29,202 nt of DNA, taken from the IMG/VR virus record IMGVR_UViG_3300025131_000288, positions 1-29,202 of that record; one strand, given 5' to 3'. The DNA is from a virus. Taxonomy: Duplodnaviria > Caudoviricetes. The translations under genes were made by a program, and so were the position numbers. Below are positions 18,066 through 25,134 of this stretch, in pieces; position 1 is the stretch's first letter, and each line of letters opens with the position of its first letter. The notes beneath the pieces were generated by a model. That model worked only from the letters and a program-made list of their open reading frames with translations, made no database searches and had not been told where the DNA came from.

Positions 18066-18950
18066 ATGAATTGGTATAAACAACAAAATATTAAATACTA
18101 CTTGGATGAAACAATGATGAAAGAAGCAGGATTTCTAAACAATTTCATAATCGGAGAAATAATGGTTCTAGCTCCGTTACTAGGCTATCTAGGATGGACT
18201 CAAACAGACATTTTTAACCGTCTAAAGAGCAACAACGGCGATACAGCAGCTTTAAAACAGCAAGCCATAGAAGAAGCTCAACAGCAAGATGTACCAGAAC
18301 AAATTATTCAACAAGTCCAAGATAATATCAACAAACCTCAACAAGAAGTGACAGAACAAGCACCTGTACAAAAAGAGCCTACAGCTTTTGATCGTATGCG
18401 TCAAAAATTGATCGATAACGAAGGCTTTGTTAATAAGGCAAATCCAATAGGAAGAAAAGGGGAAATAGATATAGGTGTTGGACATGCCATGCTTAACCCC
18501 AACAACGGAAAAACAAAAGCAAAACAAACAGCAGTATCAAGAAGGATTTTCTCAAAACTATTCGGAAACACAGTCAATTTTGATGCAGTCCTAAATGGCA
18601 GACAAGAACTTACAAATCCACAAGTAGAACAACTGTTGAAACATGATATAGATGAACACTCTAATAGGGCTAAACGTTTATTCAAAGACCCAAATCATTT
18701 TAATTCACTGCCTCCATATCTGCAAGATGCTATCTTTGATGGAGTCTATAGAGGCGATATCGGTACAAGAGCTACCCCCAAAACTCTTAGATTTATGAAT
18801 GCAAACGACTGGGCAAGTGCCGGAAAAGAATACCTAAACCATCAAGGTTATAGAAAAGCTAAAAAAAGAAGACTTGGTGGAGTAGCAACTAGAATGGAAG
18901 CAAATCAAAGAGCTATGTTCCAATACGCTAGAGAGTTAGGACAGATCTAA
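18066..18950 (+). CDS. T4-lysozyme-like (GH24) muramidase with N-terminal extension
   Basis: LIDNEG...DIGVGH, LP.YLQDAI.D..Y.G, DW..A..E.L, R.....R pattern of phage lysozymes. Confidence 0.7.
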   Translation: MNWYKQQNIKYYLDETMMKEAGFLNNFIIGEIMVLAPLLGYLGWTQTDIFNRLKSNNGDTAALKQQAIEEAQQQDVPEQIIQQVQDNINKPQQEVTEQAPVQKEPTAFDRMRQKLIDNEGFVNKANPIGRKGEIDIGVGHAMLNPNNGKTKAKQTAVSRRIFSKLFGNTVNFDAVLNGRQELTNPQVEQLLKHDIDEHSNRAKRLFKDPNHFNSLPPYLQDAIFDGVYRGDIGTRATPKTLRFMNANDWASAGKEYLNHQGYRKAKKRRLGGVATRMEANQRAMFQYARELGQI

Positions 18951-19585
18951 GTCCACAACGTTTTCCTAATCTTCATCAATCTTATCAAATGATCAGTATC
19001 TTCTTCGTAGTATTTTAAATCTTTGTCATAGTCCCAATTTGAAGGTTTGCTCATTTCTTCTTGTCTCTCGGGACGTACTACCTTCCACCAGTTATAGAGA
19101 TATTTTAATTCTTTCTCTAATTTTTGATCGTGTTCATGCTTCTCTTGAAGAGCTTTAATGTTATCCGCTTGAGATTGTTTGTCTTCCCAGTCCTCTTTCT
19201 TCATCTCTTCTATTTGCTCAGTATGATCCCAACCAACATTTTCTAACAGCTTCTCATTTTCTATTACATCACAGAAGACAGCAAAACTAGAATGAAGTAA
19301 AAGAAGATCTCTGTCTACCCATGTTGGCGGTAGAGTCTTTGCTTTTACCACATTATAACGATGAAAGAGGAAACATTTGCAGTAATAGTATTTATCTGCA
19401 ATTTTTCTTTTGCATCTACTGAGCCACCAATAGAAGTTGTGGGGAAAGTGTTTACGCTTTTCATTTAAATCGTACATACGATCTTTTAGTCCTTCCATAG
19501 GATAAGTCTTAAGCGTACCTTTCTCGATAGCTTTATCTATTTTTTTGATTCTTTTTTTCAATTTTTTAAAAGTTCTAGGGTTCAT
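18947..19585 (-). CDS. Hypothetical protein
   Basis: 212-aa ORF with its own sigma70-like promoter; LY.WW and R..LWT pattern typical of phage hypotheticals. Confidence 0.75.
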   Translation of the reverse strand: MNPRTFKKLKKRIKKIDKAIEKGTLKTYPMEGLKDRMYDLNEKRKHFPHNFYWWLSRCKRKIADKYYYCKCFLFHRYNVVKAKTLPPTWVDRDLLLLHSSFAVFCDVIENEKLLENVGWDHTEQIEEMKKEDWEDKQSQADNIKALQEKHEHDQKLEKELKYLYNWWKVVRPERQEEMSKPSNWDYDKDLKYYEEDTDHLIRLMKIRKTLWT

Positions 19586-19592
19586 GACTCTA

Positions 19593-19621
19593 ATTATAAC
19601 ATATTTTCATTCACTTTGCAA
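19593..19621 (-). promoter_or_regulatory. Sigma70-type promoter TTGCAA-N17-TATAAT with extended TG
   Basis: Near-consensus hexamers; the -10 box ends 7 nt before ATG 19585. Confidence 0.7.
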
Positions 19622-19626
19622 AAGAA

Positions 19627-19659
19627 AAAAGAGCATAATAAACGATATTATACTCTTTT
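19627..19659. terminator. Hairpin/intrinsic terminator
   Basis: AAAAGAGcATAATA...TATTATaCTCTTTT inverted repeat. Confidence 0.6.
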
Positions 19660-19695
19660 CCCTTGTGCAAAATTCTTATACGACATTCATATAAT

Positions 19696-19721
19696 ATTCG
19701 GCAATTAGATGTAAAATCCTT
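19696..19721 (-). promoter_or_regulatory. Putative phage-sigma promoter AAGGA-N15-CCGAAT
   Basis: Exact match to the repeated motif; no ORF directly downstream before the hairpin. Confidence 0.5.
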
Positions 19722-19932
19722 TAGTTGTTCAGATTAAAAACTTTCTCGTACAAGTCGTTAATCTCTTTAACAGAGTTCTTTAAAGGAGTTACCTCATCCT
19801 CGGCTACAGGTCTTTTAGCATTATGATAATCTATATCTATACCAAAAGAATTAACAAATAGTCCTGTTGGGAAAAAATATGAAGAAGTTCAATTTTCTTT
19901 TTATTTTTAAAAAGATATCTCCAAAGTCCCAT
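19721..19932 (-). pseudogene. Fragmented small gene
   Basis: Starts MGLWRYLF; coding-like stretches continue in two other frames and end ...EINDLYEKVFNLNN*. Confidence 0.35.
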
Positions 19933-19935
19933 AGT

Positions 19936-20115
19936 TTATTTCCTTTCGACTATGAATCTGCCTTTCTCAGGGGTTATCCATCTAGCAGCACTTTTAGCAA
20001 TATCCATTGCTGCATCTGCTGAAAATACGTCATATCTTTCATCAGCAAACGTATAGGTATTTTCTAGTTTATCGGTTTCATCATATACTTCAACATTAAA
20101 TTTAACTTCGCTCAT
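19936..20115 (-). CDS. Small hypothetical protein (59 aa, MSEVKFNVEVYDE...)
   Basis: Hand-translated ORF with AAGGA RBS; too short for the ORF track. Confidence 0.7.
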   Translation of the reverse strand: MSEVKFNVEVYDETDKLENTYTFADERYDVFSADAAMDIAKSAARWITPEKGRFIVERK

Positions 20116-20139
20116 ATCTTTTATTCCTTTTAAGTTATT

Positions 20140-20173
20140 AAAAAGGTAGGATATGGATTAACATACCCTACCT
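20140..20173 (-). terminator. Intrinsic terminator after the DUF6745 operon
   Basis: AGGTAGGGTATG...CATATCCTACCT followed by TTTT on the minus strand. Confidence 0.75.
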
Positions 20174-20197
20174 CTTTAAATAGGTTACAACTTATTA

Positions 20198-20824
20198 TCA
20201 AGTTTCTTGTGCTGGTGCATAATCTTCTGCCTTCTTGTTAAACGTCCAAGCAACGGCTTGTTGACACGTTTTCATATCTGGCGGAACTTTCAAATAATAC
20301 GGTTTAAAAGTACCATCCTCATTTGGAGACGAGTTAGAAACTTTAACAAGCGTGATAGGCTCAGGAGCATCCGTCTGAGCTTGCTCCCTAAAAACTCCAT
20401 CGCATTGCAAAAGTTCTCGTTCAGATCCATCTTCCGCTACATCAGAATCAACGATTCTGAATCGGTTCTCTTTTCTCATTCGATCATAACCATATATTTG
20501 CATACCGACATAACGTATCTCAGTATTGTCATGGTTAATAACTTCTTCAAACGTCAAAGTTTCAGGGAAGTTAATGTAACGGGGAGGAACAAGAATATTC
20601 TCGTAATAAAAACATGTACTACCAAAAGCATCAACGTCTAGACCATGTTTTCTGCCTTCTTGATACCAGATACAACGAAAAGGCGAGATATATGCTGGAC
20701 CATCGTCACAATGGAGTCTTCCAAGAATGTCTTTCTTGAGTTCCAATTTTCCAAATGGGTAGAGTCTACGGATGCCGCTTATTCGACTTCTCCACTTCTC
20801 AAACTTTTGTCTCGTATCGCTCAT
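20198..20824 (-). CDS. DUF6745-domain protein
   Basis: LHCDDGPA, NTEIR...YG, V.NSSP..DG..K.YYL.VPP...T.QQAVAWTF; GAGGT RBS before ATG 20824. Confidence 0.75.
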   Translation of the reverse strand: MSDTRQKFEKWRSRISGIRRLYPFGKLELKKDILGRLHCDDGPAYISPFRCIWYQEGRKHGLDVDAFGSTCFYYENILVPPRYINFPETLTFEEVINHDNTEIRYVGMQIYGYDRMRKENRFRIVDSDVAEDGSERELLQCDGVFREQAQTDAPEPITLVKVSNSSPNEDGTFKPYYLKVPPDMKTCQQAVAWTFNKKAEDYAPAQET

Positions 20825-20843
20825 AATTACCTCTTTAGTTTGA

Positions 20844-21248
20844 TTAACCAACTTCGCTAGAGGTTGTTGTTTCGTTAGAAGTCAATTCTGCATTTTCTTC
20901 TTCGAAAGACAATGGAGCTTGCGACCAAGTTGGCTGATAAGCGATTTCAATAGCATCATGCTTGATGATTACGAATCCACCAATATCGTCTTCTCGTTCG
21001 GGCGTTGCTTTTGCAGAAGGACCAGAAATTTCAACTGATCTTGCATTAGCCAAGACAATAAAGTCTTCACCGACATGAGCTACAACGCCGCGATACTGAT
21101 ATCGAGCGCACAACACAGCGATTTTTTGACCTTCATGAGAGTTGATGATATCACCAAATTTGGTCAGACCATTTAACATCTGTTTAATCTTATCTGCTTG
21201 GGCTGTTGGATCTACTTCTTTGGTTGCGTCATTTGCTACATCTGTCAT
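20844..21248 (-). CDS. Small Sm/LSm-like beta-barrel protein (paralog B)
   Basis: GQKIAVLCARYQYRGVV..VGEDFIVLANA matches an Sm1-like pattern; AGGAG RBS. Confidence 0.55.
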   Translation of the reverse strand: MTDVANDATKEVDPTAQADKIKQMLNGLTKFGDIINSHEGQKIAVLCARYQYRGVVAHVGEDFIVLANARSVEISGPSAKATPEREDDIGGFVIIKHDAIEIAYQPTWSQAPLSFEEENAELTSNETTTSSEVG

Positions 21249-21299
21249 TTTCTACTCCTGTTGTAGGTTGTTTTAGCTTGATTAGCTAAACGGTTTAGA

Positions 21300-21658
21300 T
21301 TAATGTATTTTACTTAAGAGATCAAACGTCTCTTCTTCATTTGTTAACGGGGCATGTACCCAATTTGGTTGATAGATCAATTCTACTGAAGCTAAACTTA
21401 TAACTACTGGTCCATCAATATCGTCTTCTCGTTCTGGCGTTTCTCTACTACTTTTGCCAGAAATTTCAACGCATTAGCAAGTACAATTTCGAATGGTGAT
21501 ATGTCAAGTGATATACCACGATACTGGTATCTGTTACAAAGAGTTGCTACTTTTTGTCCCAAATAAGATCTTGGTACACTGTAACTTTTACTGATTCTAT
21601 TAACTAGTTTTTCATTCGTTACAACTGCACGTTTTTCTTGGTTCTTCTCTTCAGCCAT
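21300..21658 (-). pseudogene. Sm-like paralog A, frameshifted near 21470
   Basis: After LANA the homology continues in another frame as VEISGKSSRETPEREDDIDGPVVISLASVELIYQPNWVHAPL...*; a 7-nt deletion relative to paralog B. Confidence 0.8.
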
Positions 21659-21695
21659 TTGCTTCTTCCTTATGTAGTTCTTCTTAAGTAGAGTA

Positions 21696-22043
21696 TTAGT
21701 CTCTTACTTGACGCTCTTTTTCAGCGGAAAGCGGATCATATTCGCGTTGACGAGAAATCTTGATCCATTCATCTTTCGGCATCGTGATAGTATCATGTTC
21801 GTCATGATCTACAGACATCTGCGTTGGAGATTTGACATAAACATGTCCATTATCTGGGTCAACATAACTCTGGAACTGCGAGATATGTGGGGTTGCGATG
21901 GCGTGAGTATGACCAGTTACTTCTCCGTGAGCGAGAACTGGAGTCTCATGTCTTTGATCTTTCTTGAGAGCGGCTTCAGATGGTCCATCAACTACTTCAA
22001 AGAAAATGTCGCCTTGTCTTGCTTGTGTTTGTTTCCTGTTCAT
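21696..22043 (-). CDS. His-rich small protein of the RQGD...GE.TGH.H family (usual neighbour of DUF6745)
   Basis: QARQGDIFF, LAHGEVTGHTH, HDEHDTI, QREYDP. Confidence 0.75.
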   Translation of the reverse strand: MNRKQTQARQGDIFFEVVDGPSEAALKKDQRHETPVLAHGEVTGHTHAIATPHISQFQSYVDPDNGHVYVKSPTQMSVDHDEHDTITMPKDEWIKISRQREYDPLSAEKERQVRD

Positions 22044-22165
22044 TTTAAACTCCTATTAGGTTTCAGTTATCAACTATATTTATTGTATCGTCTGATTAAG
22101 TCACAAAGTATTAATAAATTATTTTCTTTCTTTTTCCTTCATTTACATTGTAGTATAAATGATAG

Positions 22166-22477
22166 TCACATATTCTTTTTAATTATTTTAAGGATTTCTT
22201 TTTGTTTCGCCCTTGAAGGAGGATTGTTAGTGGGTATCGGGTAAATATGACCTATTTTTATCTTTTTGATATCTGGTCTAGCTATGAAAACATTTCGACA
22301 TTGATCGTGACTACATACTATTTCATACCCTGGTATGTCCCAAGACACATCATTTCTAAACGCCCATTTAGCATCTTCGTCAGACAGTCCCATAGCTTCT
22401 TGTATCTTTTTAGAAAAGGCGATTATACGATTATGACGATTTCTTATTATTTGAATAGTTTTTTGGTATTGATTCAT
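22166..22477 (-). CDS. Hypothetical protein
   Basis: 103-aa ORF; TATAAT lies 6 nt upstream of the ATG. Confidence 0.6.
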   Translation of the reverse strand: MNQYQKTIQIIRNRHNRIIAFSKKIQEAMGLSDEDAKWAFRNDVSWDIPGYEIVCSHDQCRNVFIARPDIKKIKIGHIYPIPTNNPPSRAKQKEILKIIKKNM

Positions 22478-22520
22478 AATTATATTATACTAAATCAAAT
22501 AAACACAAAATACGGCTAAT

Positions 22521-22823
22521 CTAGCGTTTTCTATTTCTATTTCCGCATCGTCCGTTTCTACATCCACTTATTGGTTTGTTGGCTTTTATTTTATTAGATG
22601 CTTTCATTCTAGCTATGTTTCTTTCAATTATTCTTTGTGTTTTTTCTTCTTCTCGTATTAAGCAAATGATCATAATCTTTTGTTTAGCTTCTGTATCAAG
22701 ATCTAATGTATCAACGTAAGCTAGTATTTTTCTAAACTCACGTTTGTTTTGTTTATAGACTGTTATCCATCCGTCAATTTCTTTAGGTTTTTCTACTAAA
22801 CGATTAATAAATTCTGTGTCCAT
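22521..22823 (-). CDS. Hypothetical basic protein
   Basis: 100-aa ORF with AGGAGA RBS. Confidence 0.65.
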   Translation of the reverse strand: MDTEFINRLVEKPKEIDGWITVYKQNKREFRKILAYVDTLDLDTEAKQKIMIICLIREEEKTQRIIERNIARMKASNKIKANKPISGCRNGRCGNRNRKR

Positions 22824-22867
22824 TTTAATTCTCCTAACAATATAAGATTAGACAACTAATAAACTGA

Positions 22868-22989
22868 TACCAGAGAAGGGAGTCGAACCCTCAAGTCCCG
22901 AAGGACAACGGATTAAGGAATTCTCGTTATCAGGTTCATTCTGCAAGAATTCATTAAGTCCGCAGCGGTTGCCATTTCGCCACTCTGGC
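22868..22989 (-). tRNA. trnL: tRNA-Leu(TAA) interrupted by a 39-nt insertion (22915-22953)
   Basis: Acceptor GCCAGAG/CTCTGGT, stem GCGGA-CTTAA|AA-TCCGT, long variable arm, GAGGG TTCGACT CCCTT. Confidence 0.8.
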
Positions 22990-22997
22990 TGATTAAC

Positions 22998-23078
22998 TAC
23001 TCCTAACTTGATTCGAACAAGTAAACCCGAAGGTACAGACTTTTGAAATCTGAGCGGTTGCCATTTCGCCATAGGAGC
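22998..23078 (-). tRNA. trnL: tRNA-Leu(CAA)
   Basis: GCTCCTA/TAGGAGT; CAGAT-TTCAAAA-GTCTG; variable arm ACC-TTCG-GGT; T arm ACTTG/CAAGT. Confidence 0.85.
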
Positions 23079-23084
23079 GTGTAA

Positions 23085-23171
23085 CGGAACGAGTAGGATT
23101 CGAACCTACGTGACCCTTTCAGGCCAACGACATTAGCAGTGTCGCGCAATAATCCACTCTGCCATCGTTCC
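23085..23171 (-). tRNA. trnS: tRNA-Ser(GCT)
   Basis: GGAACGA/TCGTTCC, discriminator G; CGACA-CTGCTAA-TGTCG; long variable arm. Confidence 0.92.
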
Positions 23172-23175
23172 AAAT

Positions 23176-23311
23176 AACAGACTAACGTTAGAAAATGGTA
23201 CTGGACTCGAACCAATATACTGTGGTTTTACCTTCACAGCTAGGAAATCACACATACGTGCTTGCAATTCTGCGTTTGCCATTTTCGCCAACTATTTTCA
23301 GTTAGTCTGTT
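23176..23311 (-). ncRNA. tRNA-like RNA with no canonical anticodon loop, flanked by an 11-bp inverted repeat
   Basis: D arm TGGCGAAAATGGCAAACGC and T arm ATTGG-TTCGAGT-CCAGT; AACAGACTAAC/GTTAGTCTGTT termini. Confidence 0.65.
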
Positions 23312-23318
23312 AATTAAA

Positions 23319-23404
23319 CGGATGGTACAGGGGTCGAACCTGTAAGGCTTTCGCTCGTCTGTTTTCAAAACAGGTGCCGTCGCCAACTATCGGCTTGACC
23401 ATCC
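23319..23404 (-). tRNA. trnS: tRNA-Ser(TGA)
   Basis: GGATGGT/ACCATCC, discriminator G; CTGT-TTTGAAA-ACAG; long variable arm; atypical 3-nt acceptor-D junction. Confidence 0.88.
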
Positions 23405-23411
23405 AATTTAA

Positions 23412-23482
23412 AGACCCATCCCAGAATCGAACTGGGGTCTGTTCTTTTGCAGAGAACCGACTTACCACTTGCCCAATGAGTC
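23412..23482 (-). tRNA. trnC: tRNA-Cys(GCA)
   Basis: GACTCAT/ATGGGTC, discriminator U; GTTCT-CTGCAAA-AGAAC. Confidence 0.9.
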
Positions 23483-23485
23483 ATA

Positions 23486-23560
23486 TACCCTCGACAAGAT
23501 TCGAACTTGCAATATCTTGGACCTAAACCAAGTGACTTTCTCCATTTTGCCTACGAGGGC
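23486..23560 (-). tRNA. trnL: tRNA-Leu(TAG) with a short variable loop
   Basis: GCCCTCG/CGAGGGT; CTTGG-TTTAGGT-CCAAG; 5-nt variable loop. Confidence 0.88.
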
Positions 23561-23565
23561 GTATT

Positions 23566-24718
23566 TTATTTTAACCATTTTCTGATAGCATTATCAGATA
23601 CTCCATATTTTCTTCCGGTTCCACAGTAACCTAATTCTTTTATTTCATCAAGCAACTGTTCAGTAGAAGGTCTATTGCTAACTTTTCTATTTATGGGACT
23701 TAATAAGTAACATTTCCTGCATATTGTGTGTTTTGAGTTTTCGCTAGTAGGATCACCACAAATCTTGCATTTTAATGTTTTGCGATCTCTATCATATTTT
23801 ATCTTTTTATCGTGTTTTATTTTTTGTTCAGATTTAGATTTTTATTTTAACTCCTAAATCGGTTAAATCCTCCCACCATTTATGAGTTAAATTTTTTGCT
23901 CGTTTTCCTCTACAAAACGTATCAGTTTGAGCATCACAATTCGGGCACAATAATCGCAAATTACCTTCTTCGTTATTGCAACAGTCTCCATCTATGTGAT
24001 CCAATCTTAATCGCAATGGTTTATTGCTCCATGTATTAATCCCACAAATTGAACATCTATATTCTCTTTTTTTACTTAAAATAAGTCTTTTCATTAAAGA
24101 ATGTGTTTTCGCACTGCTTCCTTTAGCAAACGCTTCGTCCCATGGAGTTTCTGTCTTCTTTCCTTGTCTATTTATCCTTTCATCTGTAAATCTAGTTTTA
24201 CCTTTTGACCAAAGCATACCTGTAAAATGATCTATGTTTATATCAAAAGTATCAATTAATTTTTTGATAGCGGAATATTTACTTCCATGATTTTTATCGA
24301 ATCCAAGTTTTCCAAGAACCTCTCTTATACTAACAGATGTTTTTACAGCGTTTAATAATTCTAACTTATTAATATCTTTAACTGCTTTATATCTTTTTAA
24401 AGATTCGTAATCTAAACCAAATTCAAAGCATTTTCTTTTTAGCTCTCTATAAGTTGTTCCACTTAATCTTTTTTCATCATAATATTTAGTTGTAATAAGG
24501 ACTTCGCCTTGTTTCTTGTGAGCTTTCTTTCTATCAAGTAGAGCTTTTTCGTCCATTCTACTATCGACAGACATTACTTTCCAACCATCATCCCATTCTC
24601 CATCTATGTGAAGCTCTAGGATACTATTCCTTTTAGCATATTTTTCGGGAATCCAACGAACGTCTTGGATCATGCCATTCTTTGTCTTTTTTATTAGTTT
24701 GCATTGTTTGTAAAACAT
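23566..24718 (-). pseudogene. tRNA-array HNH endonuclease, fused to an upstream small gene and frameshifted near 23840
   Basis: ORF 23834-24718 has CSICG...LDHIDGD..NN...NLRLLCPNC; the +1 frame continues to 23566 with CKICG..CRKC and the HTH-like tail RPSTEQLLDEIKELGYCGTGRKYGVSDNAIRKWLK. Confidence 0.75.
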
Positions 24719-24732
24719 TTTACTTTCCTTAC

Positions 24733-24823
24733 TGGACCCTGATGGAATCGAACCATCTACCCAACCACCACACAGAATTATAATGGGCGCGAGTTTTACA
24801 GACTCGTGTGTGGAGCAAGATCC
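24733..24823 (-). tRNA. Non-canonical tRNA-Tyr(GTA) lacking a D arm
   Basis: GGATCTT/AGGGTCC, CGAGT-CTGTAAA-ACTCG, GATGG-TTCGATT-CCATC; D arm replaced by 10 nt; variable region about 32 nt. Confidence 0.75.
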
Positions 24824-24913
24824 TTATTTAGTTATAAAAATTCTCTTACTGGGATTTACTGGAAATTAATGGGAAAACGAAAGGGGAAATTTAGAGCAAA
24901 TCCGGAGTATGTT

Positions 24914-25024
24914 TTAGAGACATAAACTGGACAGCAAGAGAGATGAATAATACGATGATAGAGACTGAGCGACTACGCCAGCGGCGTTCTGTCTGTCAGT
25001 CGTAATGTTGTTTTGAGTCTTCAT
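24914..25024 (-). CDS. Putative leader peptide MKTQNNITTDRQNAAGVVAQSLSSYYSSLLLSSLCL
   Basis: 36-codon ORF between a sigma70-like promoter and the first tRNA; the last 16 codons are only S/L/Y/C. Confidence 0.75.
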   Translation of the reverse strand: MKTQNNITTDRQNAAGVVAQSLSSYYSSLLLSSLCL

Positions 25025-25086
25025 TTTTCTATCTCGTTTATTTATGCATGCCTTTGATTGAGCATGCTTCTAATTTCAGTATCGGT

Positions 25087-25116
25087 ATTATAACCGATCT
25101 TCTATACACATTGCAA
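25087..25116 (-). promoter_or_regulatory. Sigma70-type promoter of the tRNA array (TTGCAA-N18-TATAAT)
   Basis: Near-consensus hexamers; a GCATGC hairpin (about 25046-25067) lies at the predicted transcript 5' end. Confidence 0.65.
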
Positions 25117-25134
25117 GTAAAAAATAAGATTCCT

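Noticed and set aside
22998-23078. Opal suppressor or Sec tRNA (TCA anticodon reading)
   Set aside because: The register CAGAT-TTCAAAA-GTCTG matches the neighbouring Leu tRNA and gives CAA; the TCA reading does not give a proper stem and 7-nt loop.
22848-23215. ORFs 22848-23072 and 23003-23215
   Set aside because: They overlie tRNA genes and are chance open frames.
23176-23311. Y RNA (YrlA) or tmRNA identity for the tRNA-like element
   Set aside because: D-then-T order is as in normal tRNA rather than permuted, no Ro60 gene is in the window, and there is no tag ORF or Ala acceptor identity.
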